Shown: piece after piece, positions 38,456 to 48,759 of the stretch
Layout: each line of letters opens with the position of its first letter
How positions within the stretch are numbered: position 1 is the stretch's first letter
NCBI GenBank assembly: GCA_014859905.1
Contig: JACZKT010000370.1
Coordinates: forward strand, 1 to 63,949
Length of the DNA stretch: 63,949 nt
DNA from: Rubrivivax sp.
Lineage (GTDB): Bacteria; Pseudomonadota; Gammaproteobacteria; Burkholderiales; Burkholderiaceae_C
Reading direction: 5' to 3'
Notes under the pieces: generated by a model
Seen by the model: the letters and a program-made list of their open reading frames with translations, nothing else
Database searches by the model: none
Told to the model about the DNA's origin: nothing
Program-made: the position numbers and the translations under genes

Positions 38456-40150
38456 TCAGCGCGATCGTTCCCGGTCGCCGAGCCGCTGCGGGTTGGCCTG
38501 AGTCGTCTTGGCACGAGTTCGAGGGGCCCGGGAGTCATACACAGGGACCTTGAATCGCTCACCGCTCGCAACTCTCCGTGCGCCTTCAGCTGTCATCATG
38601 GCCCGCACCTGGCCGCGGAGTTCGGGAGATACCTTCCCGTCGACGAGCGCCTTCTCAATCGCGGACGCCAGTTGGCGTTGCCCGCCAATCTCAGCCGCAC
38701 TTCGGTCGTTCCTCACTCGCTCGACGTGTGCCGACTGGACCCGCTGAATGGCGTTGTCCGGCCTTTGAGGCGCGGACGCATCCTGGCTGACCTGAAGTCG
38801 CGTCCTCTCCTTGATGGCCGCTTCCCGGTCACCTGCGGTCGGGGTATGGCCGACAGCCTTGAGCCCCTGCGCGGTGGCGGCAACCCACCCCTGACGGACA
38901 AACTCCGGTGATCCATTGAGGCGAACCGTTGCCCAGCCACGTTCGGCTGCACGATCCACCATGGCCTTGAGCGCTGCTGGGCTCTCGCTGCCGGTGCTGA
39001 TGCTCAGCAACTTGTCGGTGAAGGCAACCTTGCCAGCCTGGTCCCTAAAGTGATATTCCTTCTCGACCAACCCGATCCGCTTGACGTTGAAGCGGTCTTC
39101 AAGCGGAGGAATCGCGCGGCGCTTCTCCGCGGTTTCACCCTCCGAGCGCATCGAGTTGGTGTCGATGCCAGCGCGCTCGGCAGAGGCCGGAGTCTTGGCA
39201 CTTTGCTTTGCGTCCCCAGAAGGGGCGGGTGACGTACTCGCCTGGTCCAGTGACTCATGCGACCCGCTACGCCCCGAGGGGCCGGACTGCCGACCCACGC
39301 CGTGAGTCGCCCACTCGGCCGTCTCCCGATCGAACGTGGCGCGGTAGGAATCGCTCTTGAGGCTGTCTGCAACCAGCGCCTTGGCTTCGCCGACGCGTGG
39401 ATGCGGCGGGTACCCGTCGATCAGCAGCAGGTCACGGCTGTCCTTGATGGCCAGGCGATCAAGTGCAGGACCCCGCAGGTCTTTGACCGTCAGGCCGGCG
39501 GTCGCCATGGTCGCGTACCGGGCAGCGATGCTGTCGGCGGCATCGTCACGCCGGTCTGCGTACTCGAACGCCTTTCTATCGTCCTTCGCAGCCGACCGCT
39601 GCTGTTCGTCCGCAGAAGCCCGTTCGGCAAGGCTGGCGTACTGCATCGAGACCTCTTTGAGCGAACTCTTGTACGCCGGATGCTGATAGGCGGTGTCACC
39701 CATCACGGCCGCCGCACGCGCTTGCAGCGTCTTGTCGGCAAAGCTGTTCAACACTGCCGCGTCGCTGGTCGCTACTTCCCGTGCTGCGACCGCACCGAGG
39801 GCACCTGCAGGCAAGGCTTGCAGCCCTTCATGTCGGCTGTCGATGACCTTCAGCGCATGCGCATCGACCAGGGCTGTTTCCGGGGGCTGTCGGGCTTCGT
39901 TCTGCGGCCTGGGACCGTTGTCGCGCTTCTGTTCCGATGGCGTCAGCGCCTGGTCTGCCACGAGCGGATCGATTGACGGCTGGCCTTCGGCGGCAGCGCG
40001 TTGAGTCTCAGCGATCCGTCCCGCCGATGCGATGGCTTGTAGCCGGTCGCGGCCTTTCCGGGGCTGGCGGCCATCGAGGTCGAGTGAATCAGCTTCGCCA
40101 GTCTGGCTGCTTCCCTGGCCCGCCTTGTTGCTGTCGTTCATGCTCATCAC
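38456..40150 (-). CDS. LPD7-domain polyvalent protein, last gene of the T4SS operon
   Basis: AFTD...MVDRAAERGWATVRLNGSPEFVRQGWVAA (LPD7); Arg-rich C-terminal tail. Confidence 0.75.
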   Translation of the reverse strand: MMSMNDSNKAGQGSSQTGEADSLDLDGRQPRKGRDRLQAIASAGRIAETQRAAAEGQPSIDPLVADQALTPSEQKRDNGPRPQNEARQPPETALVDAHALKVIDSRHEGLQALPAGALGAVAAREVATSDAAVLNSFADKTLQARAAAVMGDTAYQHPAYKSSLKEVSMQYASLAERASADEQQRSAAKDDRKAFEYADRRDDAADSIAARYATMATAGLTVKDLRGPALDRLAIKDSRDLLLIDGYPPHPRVGEAKALVADSLKSDSYRATFDRETAEWATHGVGRQSGPSGRSGSHESLDQASTSPAPSGDAKQSAKTPASAERAGIDTNSMRSEGETAEKRRAIPPLEDRFNVKRIGLVEKEYHFRDQAGKVAFTDKLLSISTGSESPAALKAMVDRAAERGWATVRLNGSPEFVRQGWVAATAQGLKAVGHTPTAGDREAAIKERTRLQVSQDASAPQRPDNAIQRVQSAHVERVRNDRSAAEIGGQRQLASAIEKALVDGKVSPELRGQVRAMMTAEGARRVASGERFKVPVYDSRAPRTRAKTTQANPQRLGDRERSR

Positions 40151-40866
40151 AGGCTCGCTGCGGTGGTGCCCTTGCCGTTCGCCGCGCCGCTGCGCAGGCT
40201 CACGAGCATCGGCGCTGCCGTGTAGAACTCGATCTCCACGCGCCGGCTCTGCGCGCGCTCCGCGGGCCGAAGTCCCGCAATGCGATCGCCCGCACCCTGC
40301 CAGGTCAGCCGCAGCTTGTCCTTGGACACACCAGCCTGCTGCAGAAACTCCGCCGCAGCCTGAGCACGCCGGCGAGCCAGCGCGGTTTCCTGCAGCGAGT
40401 CACCGGTGGCATCGGTGCGCCCGCGAATCATGATCAAAGCTGCGTCTTTGGCGCGCCGCACCAGTGCCGCGGCGTCCGCCTGTTCAACGCTCCAGGCAGC
40501 AGAGCCCATGCCGAACGGCACGACCGCCACCAGGTTGCCAGATGGGTCAGCAGCCGCCGCGTCAGGGGCGCAGGCCATCGCAGCGTCAGTCTGCGGCGGC
40601 GCCTTGTTCAGCGCGGTCGCCACGACGCCCGCGCGCGCCATCTCGGACACGAGGATCGTGGCCCGGCTCAAGTCGCCCTGGCAGGCCTTCAGATCGACGG
40701 CGGCACGGGCGTTGACCGGCCGCTTGGTGGATTCATCCACTGAAGGCGGTTTCGGGGGCGTCGAGCACGAAGTGAGCAGCAGCGCGCCGATGCCGAAGCA
40801 GCAGGCGGTGTACGTGGTCGTCACCACCTTGTAGATCGTCCGAGACATGGCTTGGTAGACGGGCAT
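40147..40866 (-). CDS. Lipoprotein with VirB7-like N-terminus and OmpA_C domain
   Basis: Lipobox LLTSC, then STPPKPPSVDESTKRPVN; OmpA_C GRTD...LARRRA...SRRVEI. Confidence 0.75.
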   Translation of the reverse strand: MPVYQAMSRTIYKVVTTTYTACCFGIGALLLTSCSTPPKPPSVDESTKRPVNARAAVDLKACQGDLSRATILVSEMARAGVVATALNKAPPQTDAAMACAPDAAAADPSGNLVAVVPFGMGSAAWSVEQADAAALVRRAKDAALIMIRGRTDATGDSLQETALARRRAQAAAEFLQQAGVSKDKLRLTWQGAGDRIAGLRPAERAQSRRVEIEFYTAAPMLVSLRSGAANGKGTTAASL

Positions 40867-40871
40867 AGCTG

Positions 40872-42890
40872 TTACGCGGCGCGAGCCGGCTCCAGGTTGG
40901 ATTGCTGGTTGGTCGTTTGGTCGAGGGGACGATCGTGAGCGTTTGATGCCACCTCAAGCGCCTCGAAGAACCCGGTGACGAAAGACTGCACCTGCTCGGG
41001 TGAAGCATCAGCGTCCAGCTGGGGCAGGCCGCGGAAATCGACAGCGATCTGGTCGAGGCCGAACTCTTCGTCGTCGCCGGCCAGGCGCACGCGGTGCTCG
41101 ACCCGGGCCCGATGGGTGACGAGATCGAGCTCGGGCAGCTCAGGCGGCGCCATGAGCCTGGCCATGAATACCGGGTCGGTGTAGTACCGGATCTTGTCGG
41201 CCAGGATGGGCTTGCAGTTCTCCAGGATCAGCACTTCGCGGTCCACGCCCAGTTCCTTGAACTCCTGCGGCAGCAACAGCGCGCGACGTTGAGAACTCTC
41301 GTTTGTCGAATGCGAGCTGCCGCCGCCCTTCGCGCCCGAACTGTTGGACCGGCCGCGGCTCTTCTCCTGCTGGGTGAAGGTGCCCAGCATCTCGCTGTAC
41401 TCATTGGCGTCGCGCTGCTCGCGCGGCGCGTACAGCACCTGCAGCGCATGGTTGGTTGCGAAGGTGCGGGCGTCGTGCTGCCCGTAGACCGATTCGAGCT
41501 GGCTGACCGCTTGAATGACAGTCACCAGGCGCAGGTTGTAGCCCGCGAGGTAGCCCACGGCGGCGTTCAGGATGTTGATGCGGCCGAGTGCAGTGAATTC
41601 GTCCAGCAACACCAGGCACTGGTGCTTGAGCGCCGGGTTGTGTTCGGGCAGCTCGGCCGTGTTCAGGTTGATGAGCTGGGCGAAGAACAGGTTCAGCAGC
41701 ACCCGCGCATCGGCCAGCCGGTTCGGCGGGATGCAGACATAGACCGTCATGCGCTGGCGGCGCACGTCGGCCACAGAGAAGTCATCCCCGCTCGTGGCGG
41801 CATCTACCAGTGGATCGCTGAAGACCGTCAGCGGCGCGTTCAGCGTGGCCAGGATGCTCGACAGCGTGTTGTCGCTTGTCGAGAGAAAGCGCATGAGGGC
41901 ATCGACGCAGGCGTCCGACAGCGGTCCCTTCGGATGCGAGCAGCCCTCCACGCGCCGCTGCATCAGGCCCTGCAGATGCTGCTTGATGGGCTGACCCTGG
42001 CCACTCGACTGCCGCAGGATCTCGCCGATGGTGCGCGGCAGTTCGGGCGTCTCGACCAGGTACAAGGCCAGCCCGAGGAACAGGTTTCGCGCGGTGTCGT
42101 TGAAGAAGCCTTCGGTGCCGCTGCCCTTTACGTCCGTGGGGTAGAGGACCTGCGCGATGGCCAGCGTGTCGCCGACGACGTGGCGACCGGCCAGACGGAT
42201 CGCACTGAGTGGGTTCCAGCGGTGCGAGCGGCCATCTTCGGCGAACGGTGCCCAGGCATAGACGGCCTGGCCGTGTGCCGCCCGAAACCCTGCCGTGATC
42301 GCCCAGTTTTCCGACTTGATATCGACGACAACAACGCTGTCCTGCCAGGCCAGCAGGTTGGGCACCACCACACCGACGCCCTTGCCGCTGCGGGTCGGCG
42401 CGCTGAGCATCACCGACTGCTTGCCCGGCAGCGTGAGAAACCGATCCCGGTACTTGCCGACGATGATCCCCTGTCCGCCCAGCAACCCGGCGTCACGTAC
42501 CTCGATTGCGCCCGCGAAGCGCGCTGAGCCGTGCAGCTCGCGGCGCTTCTGCGTGGCGGCTGCGATGCCCATGGGCACCAGCAACAGCAGCACGAAGGGC
42601 GGGATCATCAAAGCCAGCTGGAGCTTCTTGCGCTCCTTCGGGTCGGCCGAGTATTCGGACCAGAAAGCCGACATCGTGCCGGCCGCGATGCCGGCCGGGC
42701 GCTGCTTGTGGAACAGCATGTAGAGCGCGGCGCTGCCGTAGACCGTTGCCGCCGCGGTGGCGCCGAGGTAGGCGGCTACGCCCGCAGCGATCAGCACACG
42801 TTTGGCGGAGGACGACAACGGCCTGGCCTTGACGGCGTGGCCAGCCGGCGTGCCGGGAACCGCATGACCGGAGTTCGAAGAGGGGCTCAT
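40872..42890 (-). CDS. virD4: VirD4/TraG coupling protein
   Basis: HGSARFA, APTRSGKG, DIKSE, WNPL, LLDEF. Confidence 0.95.
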   Translation of the reverse strand: MSPSSNSGHAVPGTPAGHAVKARPLSSSAKRVLIAAGVAAYLGATAAATVYGSAALYMLFHKQRPAGIAAGTMSAFWSEYSADPKERKKLQLALMIPPFVLLLLVPMGIAAATQKRRELHGSARFAGAIEVRDAGLLGGQGIIVGKYRDRFLTLPGKQSVMLSAPTRSGKGVGVVVPNLLAWQDSVVVVDIKSENWAITAGFRAAHGQAVYAWAPFAEDGRSHRWNPLSAIRLAGRHVVGDTLAIAQVLYPTDVKGSGTEGFFNDTARNLFLGLALYLVETPELPRTIGEILRQSSGQGQPIKQHLQGLMQRRVEGCSHPKGPLSDACVDALMRFLSTSDNTLSSILATLNAPLTVFSDPLVDAATSGDDFSVADVRRQRMTVYVCIPPNRLADARVLLNLFFAQLINLNTAELPEHNPALKHQCLVLLDEFTALGRINILNAAVGYLAGYNLRLVTVIQAVSQLESVYGQHDARTFATNHALQVLYAPREQRDANEYSEMLGTFTQQEKSRGRSNSSGAKGGGSSHSTNESSQRRALLLPQEFKELGVDREVLILENCKPILADKIRYYTDPVFMARLMAPPELPELDLVTHRARVEHRVRLAGDDEEFGLDQIAVDFRGLPQLDADASPEQVQSFVTGFFEALEVASNAHDRPLDQTTNQQSNLEPARAA

Positions 42891-43933
42891 GCTGCCTCCC
42901 GCCGACGGGCCTGCGGGTCGTAGTGGATGCCGCTGATGAAGCGCCCACCGGCATCGACGCCGAAGTGCACCACGACATCGATCACCGAGCGCGCCAGGCG
43001 GTTGATCTCCGGCATCGTCATCCCGCCACCGCCTGCCGACTCCCGCACCATCAGCGAAATCTGCTCGAACGCGAGTTCGCAGCTGCCGGCATGAACGCTC
43101 GTCACGCTGCCCGGATGTCCCGAGGCTGCGAGGCGCAGGAAGTAGAACGCTTCCTCGCCGCGCATCTCCGCCAGAAAAATGCGGTCCGGACGCAGCCGAA
43201 GGCAGGCTTCCAGCAGCAGCTTTGCCGACACTGCGCTGGCCCCCTGCCCACCCTTGGAATAGAACAGATGCAGCTTGTTCGGATGGCTGGGCAACGTCAG
43301 CTCGGCCGCGTCCTCGATGGTGATGAGGCGCTCGGTGACCGGCACCTCTTCGACCAGGCCCTTCATGAAGGTGGTCTTGCCCGAGCCGGTCTTGCCGGCC
43401 ACCACCATCGTCTGGTGCATTTGCACGGCCAGGCGGAAGAACTCGACGAACTTGCCATGAGCTTTCAGGTCCAGCAGTTCGCGCTCGAAAGGCTCCAGTT
43501 CGCGGCTGGTCTCACGCACCCGTCCGAACAGGCCCTGGGCCGCGAAGTCTTCCAGCCTGCGCACCTGCATCGAGGGCTTGCGGATGCAAACGCCGATCTG
43601 GTCGGCCGGCGTGGCGCTGGGCTGGACGATCTGCACGCGCTCGCCCGTCGAGAGGGCAGCACTGAGCAGCGGGTTCTGTTCGTTGGTGTGCTGGCCGGTC
43701 AACGTCGCGATGGCGGTGGCCAGGCTCTGGCAGTGCCGGAACGTGAACTCGGGGATCTCGTGGCGCTGCCAGACGCCGGCGCGTTCGACGAAGACCTCGC
43801 CGGGCTGGTTCACGCACAGCTCGTTGACGCGGCTGTCATCGAGCATGCCGCGGATCGGTTGCAGGAACTCGGTGACGGTGGCGTCCGACCGCAAGACAGA
43901 GGGAACGGCCCGCAGGACGGGCGCGGCGCTCAT
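42887..43933 (-). CDS. virB11: VirB11 ATPase
   Basis: GKTGSGKTT, ITIED, LRLRPDRI, GHPGSVTSVHA. Confidence 0.95.
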   Translation of the reverse strand: MSAAPVLRAVPSVLRSDATVTEFLQPIRGMLDDSRVNELCVNQPGEVFVERAGVWQRHEIPEFTFRHCQSLATAIATLTGQHTNEQNPLLSAALSTGERVQIVQPSATPADQIGVCIRKPSMQVRRLEDFAAQGLFGRVRETSRELEPFERELLDLKAHGKFVEFFRLAVQMHQTMVVAGKTGSGKTTFMKGLVEEVPVTERLITIEDAAELTLPSHPNKLHLFYSKGGQGASAVSAKLLLEACLRLRPDRIFLAEMRGEEAFYFLRLAASGHPGSVTSVHAGSCELAFEQISLMVRESAGGGGMTMPEINRLARSVIDVVVHFGVDAGGRFISGIHYDPQARRREAA

Positions 43934-45240
43934 CGCGGCTCCAGTGCGTAGACCTTCGAGAAGTCCACATCTCGGGCGACGTACACGCCCACGACACTGC
44001 CCTGGTTCTGGTACAGCAGCGGCGGGATGTTGATCGTCGCTTCGAGCACCTTCTCGGCGAGCTTCGAGCCGGCCGCCGTCGTGCTTGGGAGCAGGACGGT
44101 CGTGTTGCCGGTCGCTGGGTTCGAGTCGGTCGCCACCATCTTCACGGCGTCATCGATCAACGACACCAGCATGGCCGCGCCGATGCGCTCCGGCCAGCGG
44201 TTGTCGACGTAGCCGCCGATGCCGCTTTCGCCGAGGGCGCCGGTGCCGGGAGAGTCCAGGTCCACCGTCACGCCGTTGGGCGTGCGCAGCCGGGTCCACA
44301 GTACCGGGATGCGGGTCACGCCCGGCCGGACCTGCACCACACGGTATTCGCCGTCCAGGTGCGAGCCGCGTTCGGCCAGCACCACCTTGCCATCGTCCGA
44401 GAAGACATTGCGCTGGATCTGGCAGGCAACGAAGCCACTGGTGGCCGAGATCACACGTGTCTTGAGGCTGCACGTGAAAAGCACGCCCTTGGGCATGGTG
44501 AGGCTGCGATTGCCAAGCAGGCCGGCCACCACGGTCGGCGTGGCCGAGCGCTCCATCGAGCCGAACAATGCGGGGTTGGCCTGGGCCGCTGCGTTCATGT
44601 TCGTCCCCGGCAGGACCATCGCAGAGGCTAGCGCTGCAGCAGAAGCCTTGTCGCCACCGGCTGCCTTGTCGGTCAGACCCTGCAACTGCCCGAGCATGCT
44701 GCCCAGCTGGCTCTGGTAGCGCCGCATGTTGGCCTGGGCTTCGCCAGCAATGCCCGGCGCTTGCGGCGGATCGGCTGCTGCGCCTTGCTGCGACGCAAGT
44801 GATCCACCACCGGCGCCGCTCGGGCCGAACGGTGATTCGTCACCGACCGGCACCGCCTGCTTTGTCGGCCGACCACCCGCAGTGCCTCGAACCGGTATGG
44901 CCGTGGCCGGCGTGGTGGCGTCCGCCTCGATGCTGGGCACGCGGGTCTGATCGACGACCGGGATGGCCTTGGCGACGGGCACCGGGGCCGGCACCACGAC
45001 CGGAGGGTCCTGGAACTTCAGCTTTGTCACCGTGGCGGAGGCCACGTCCACGGCCGCCTCTGGCGGCGCTTCCTTCTTGCCAAAGTAGCGCGTGGCCGCA
45101 AAGCCCAGCGCGCCGACAAGCGACAGGATCAGCACACTGGCCGCAATGATCGGCTTGTGGCTGGAGGCACTGCCGCGCGGGGTCAGCGAGGGGATCTCGG
45201 GCTCGCCTTCGAGCCGCTTGAGCGTGTCTGGGGCGTTCAT
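43930..45240 (-). CDS. virB10: VirB10
   Basis: N-terminal TM, Pro-rich linker, CSLKT, GYVDN, NIPP, VARDVDF. Confidence 0.93.
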   Translation of the reverse strand: MNAPDTLKRLEGEPEIPSLTPRGSASSHKPIIAASVLILSLVGALGFAATRYFGKKEAPPEAAVDVASATVTKLKFQDPPVVVPAPVPVAKAIPVVDQTRVPSIEADATTPATAIPVRGTAGGRPTKQAVPVGDESPFGPSGAGGGSLASQQGAAADPPQAPGIAGEAQANMRRYQSQLGSMLGQLQGLTDKAAGGDKASAAALASAMVLPGTNMNAAAQANPALFGSMERSATPTVVAGLLGNRSLTMPKGVLFTCSLKTRVISATSGFVACQIQRNVFSDDGKVVLAERGSHLDGEYRVVQVRPGVTRIPVLWTRLRTPNGVTVDLDSPGTGALGESGIGGYVDNRWPERIGAAMLVSLIDDAVKMVATDSNPATGNTTVLLPSTTAAGSKLAEKVLEATINIPPLLYQNQGSVVGVYVARDVDFSKVYALEPR

Positions 45241-46136
45241 GGCGCGGGCCGATTGGGTATCGCAGATTTGACGACGCGCGCCACGCCCGGGACGGTGGTG
45301 CCGTCCTTGGGCGGCACGCCGTCGAGGTCAAAGGCATCGTTGATGATGGCGGCGACGCTTTCACCCAGGCGCAGGACGAAGCGGCGGCCGACGCGGTCGG
45401 CAACGAGCAGGTCATCGGGGTCCATGCGGGCGTTGACCATTTCTTCGCTGCCGTCCGGCGCGATCTGGAAGACCGTGGGGATGGGCCTGTTGTTCGGGAA
45501 GCTGAAGTAGGTCTGCGTGCCGTCATCGAACACCATGACCGGCACGATGTCCTCTGAATCCTTGCCGGTGGCCACCGAGTAGGCGGAATTGCGGACCAGG
45601 GGCTTGGTCTGCCAGCGGGCGTCGATCAACTCTCTGGCGGTCGGAAGCGCCGGGGACGCAGCAACGGAGATCGGACGCGGCGCCATCGGTGCGGCAACGG
45701 TCAGCCGCATCAGCGTCAGCCCTGCGGCCTCTACGGGGTGCAGCAGGAACGCGTGCCGACGACGGTCGGTGACGACGATGAGGTTCGTCGAGGTGGCACC
45801 CGACTTGGGCTTGACGAACAGGTCGCGCCCTTGTTTGGCGATGCACCAGGTGTGGGTTTCGTCGCTGCAGTTCGATCCCTTGCCGCTGATCGGGATGCCC
45901 ACGATCTGCTCGTCGTCGCCGAGCACGATCTGGGTGATCTGGCCACGGCGCACCGGCACGTCCACCACCAGGTCGTCGGCGAACAGCACGGTCCGCAGGC
46001 GCGGGTCCGGCGTGGTTCGCTGGCCGGGCGGGATCGACTGCGCATTCGCAGACATCAGCAGGGCCGGCGCGAACAGCGCCGTGCCAAGTACCACCAGCAC
46101 GCCGAGCGGCGCGATCCACTTCGAGGCGGCATTCAT
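45237..46136 (-). CDS. virB9: VirB9
   Basis: DPRLR, FVKP...TNLIVVTDRR, VFDDGTQTYF, LRLG. Confidence 0.92.
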   Translation of the reverse strand: MNAASKWIAPLGVLVVLGTALFAPALLMSANAQSIPPGQRTTPDPRLRTVLFADDLVVDVPVRRGQITQIVLGDDEQIVGIPISGKGSNCSDETHTWCIAKQGRDLFVKPKSGATSTNLIVVTDRRRHAFLLHPVEAAGLTLMRLTVAAPMAPRPISVAASPALPTARELIDARWQTKPLVRNSAYSVATGKDSEDIVPVMVFDDGTQTYFSFPNNRPIPTVFQIAPDGSEEMVNARMDPDDLLVADRVGRRFVLRLGESVAAIINDAFDLDGVPPKDGTTVPGVARVVKSAIPNRPAP

Positions 46137-46918
46137 GATGCGCCGCCTACGACCGTGTCGGCGGGCCTGGCCGGCGCGACCAGGTCGGCGTCGGCGCGAT
46201 AGCCCGTGACGACAAACCCGAACGGGTTTTCGATGCGATCGGCGGGCTTCTTCATGGCGGTCGGCCGGTACTCGTAGCGCACCGTGGAGACGAAGCGCGT
46301 GGTCACTGGAGACTGCCCCTGCGTCGGGCGAATCTGCCGGTCGAAGGTCACCACCGCCTCGCCTGACTTGCCAGCCACGGGGGACCTGGTCAGCCGCACG
46401 GACACCACCGTCACCCGGTGTTCTTCTTTCGCTGCAATGACCGCCTGCATGGCCTTCTCACCGGCGAACTGACTGCCGTAGGGCGCCCAGGTGTCGGGGA
46501 CTGTCATGCGTGCCACCTGGTCGTAGTCACGCTGCAGCAGCTGGAAGTTGTAGGACTCGCGGGCTCGCACGAACACGGCGGCGTTGTGCTGGTCCAGCGC
46601 AGCCAGCGCTGGAACGTTGGATGCGTCCAGCGTGGCGACGACGCTGGTCTCTCCCGTCGTCCGGTCCACCACGACCGGATACGGCGCCGGCGGCGGCCGC
46701 AGGCTCTGGAACGTCGCCATGCTGAACCCCAGTACCGCCAGGACGCCACCGATGCCAGCGGCGATCCAACCACGGCGGCCCGAGGCGATGGCCTGCGCGA
46801 TCCGGTCCTGTTCCCAGCTGTTGGCCGCTGCGATGGCTGCAACGGCCTTCTTCGAGAGCGGCAGTCGGTCAGTATGGGCTGCACTGGGCAATGCAGCGGC
46901 TTCAACTCTGTTGTTCAC
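46133..46918 (-). CDS. virB8: VirB8
   Basis: TM, VVVDRTTG, ARESY, NPFGFVVTGYRAD. Confidence 0.92.
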   Translation of the reverse strand: MNNRVEAAALPSAAHTDRLPLSKKAVAAIAAANSWEQDRIAQAIASGRRGWIAAGIGGVLAVLGFSMATFQSLRPPPAPYPVVVDRTTGETSVVATLDASNVPALAALDQHNAAVFVRARESYNFQLLQRDYDQVARMTVPDTWAPYGSQFAGEKAMQAVIAAKEEHRVTVVSVRLTRSPVAGKSGEAVVTFDRQIRPTQGQSPVTTRFVSTVRYEYRPTAMKKPADRIENPFGFVVTGYRADADLVAPARPADTVVGGAS

Positions 46919-46927
46919 AGCCAGTCC

Positions 46928-47644
46928 TCAGTCTCGAATGAAGTCGGCGAGCCGACGATTGCGGGAGGCCTGCTCCAGCTGGCCCTCGCGAGCCCGCGAG
47001 TCGGCCACGCGCTGATCCGCCTCGGCCAGGCCGCGCATCAGCTCAATCTGGCTGACCTCGTGCTGCAGGAGGGCGTTCTCCGCACCGATGCGGGCGGTGA
47101 CCTCCTGGATCTCCTTCTGGTCGGTCGTCGCGCCGGCCCGGCGCATCAGGCTGTTGATCTGGGCCACGCGGTCCTTTGCCTTGGAGAGCGCGTCCTCCAT
47201 GAAGGCCTTCTGCTGGTACGGCTTGGCCAGCGTGCTCTGACAGTTGGTGCGCTTGCCGGCGTCGTCGACGTCCATGCAGTTGTAGGTCATCTGGGCGTCG
47301 CGCAGCGTCTTCGAGGCGCCGCCCAGCGTGCCGTAGCCACCGGACTCCAGGCTGCGAACCATCGTGTTGGCTTCGCGCGGGACGTAGTTCTGCAGCGCCG
47401 GGTTGTTCAGCACGTCGCCCAGCGAGCGGGCGTTCGAGATCGACTCGATTTGCTGCCCCAGGCCCACGATCTGCTGGTACTGGTTCTCGATCTGCGAGAT
47501 CCCGTTCATCACGTCGAGAACGGCCTGGATGATCGCGGCCACGTCGATCACGGGGATGCCGGCGCGTGCCGGTGCGCTGGCGCACATCATCATCACGCCT
47601 GCTGCGAAGGCTGCGAGCCCCGAACGGACTTTTGAACGCTTCAT
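46928..47644 (-). CDS. virB5: VirB5 minor pilin
   Basis: Signal peptide, GIPVID, DQKEIQEVTARI. Confidence 0.88.
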   Translation of the reverse strand: MKRSKVRSGLAAFAAGVMMMCASAPARAGIPVIDVAAIIQAVLDVMNGISQIENQYQQIVGLGQQIESISNARSLGDVLNNPALQNYVPREANTMVRSLESGGYGTLGGASKTLRDAQMTYNCMDVDDAGKRTNCQSTLAKPYQQKAFMEDALSKAKDRVAQINSLMRRAGATTDQKEIQEVTARIGAENALLQHEVSQIELMRGLAEADQRVADSRAREGQLEQASRNRRLADFIRD

Positions 47645-47694
47645 GACCTGTACTCCCGTGGTTTGCAAATGAGCTTGAAAAGACCGCTGACCCG

Positions 47695-48753
47695 TCACGT
47701 CGAAACTCCGCCTCGCTGGGCGACCCGCTGATACGCAGCGCGGGCGCCACCGGCCACCGCACCGCCTGCCGAGCCCACGGCGCTGGCCGCTCTTCCGGCA
47801 ACATAGGCAGCACCACCGCCGCGGGACATGCTTCCGCCGCCACCTGCAGCACCGCTGCCGCCTGATCGACCGCCGCCCATCGCACGCATGGCGACCATCG
47901 AGTTCGTCACCATCTGGGTGCCGCTCTGGATCGAAGCACCGCCTGTCAGGCTGGACGCCAGGGAAGGCGCCTGGAAGAGCACGATGCCGAGGAGGCACAT
48001 GACTGCGAGGTAGGTCCCAGCTGCTTCGAGGGCGCCCACTGAGCCCGGCACGCCAGCGACGAACGCTGTCCCGTCACGTATCGCCGCTATGACTCGGTCC
48101 GAAACGTAGAGCGACATGCCCAGAGCGAAGAAGACGAACCAGGACAGGACGATCGCGCTGAGAACGAATGACAGCCAGCTATCGAAGAAGCGCGCGGTTG
48201 ACTTGAATAGCAGACACAGGATTGCCAGGGGACCGATGGCGAGTGCAAAGGTCAGGATGAGCTTGCCCAGGAGGCCGACGAATGCACCAAGGACCAGGAA
48301 GATCGTTGTGCCCAGAGAAAACAGAATGCTGGCCAGTACCAGGTCGAGCCTGAACATGCCGGCGTCCTTCCAGAGCAGGGCAAGCTGCTCGTTCGCCGCC
48401 GTGTTGGCCAGGTCCAATGCCCCGAACGCGGTGGCAGCTGCGGCGGCTCTGGGTGCGACGAACAGGACGGCCAATCCGTCCTGCAGGCCGGTCGCCCAGG
48501 CGACAACGTTGCCGCTGTAGTACAGACCAGGCAGTGCGAAGGACAGGATCGCACCGACCTTGACCATCTTCCAAGCGAAAGTTCCAACGGGCTCGGAGGC
48601 CTCGCCGCGCATCACGGCGAGGCCATAGATGGCGATGTGGATGGTGACCAGTGCAAGCGCAATCGGCACAAGGCCCGCAGCCAGGTCCGCAGATACGCGC
48701 GCGGCGTAGCCGAGGAAGAACGTGTTGAACCAGGCTTCGAGTCTCGCGAACAT
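47695..48753 (-). CDS. virB6: VirB6
   Basis: Multi-TM; GPLAILCLLF...FFDSW, PSLASSLTGG. Confidence 0.9.
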   Translation of the reverse strand: MFARLEAWFNTFFLGYAARVSADLAAGLVPIALALVTIHIAIYGLAVMRGEASEPVGTFAWKMVKVGAILSFALPGLYYSGNVVAWATGLQDGLAVLFVAPRAAAAATAFGALDLANTAANEQLALLWKDAGMFRLDLVLASILFSLGTTIFLVLGAFVGLLGKLILTFALAIGPLAILCLLFKSTARFFDSWLSFVLSAIVLSWFVFFALGMSLYVSDRVIAAIRDGTAFVAGVPGSVGALEAAGTYLAVMCLLGIVLFQAPSLASSLTGGASIQSGTQMVTNSMVAMRAMGGGRSGGSGAAGGGGSMSRGGGAAYVAGRAASAVGSAGGAVAGGARAAYQRVAQRGGVST

Positions 48754-48759
48754 GTCGTG

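Noticed and set aside
38426-38460. Rho-independent terminator for the T4SS operon
   Set aside because: An 11-bp stem is present but there is no U-tract, and the sequence overlaps a palindrome-family unit.
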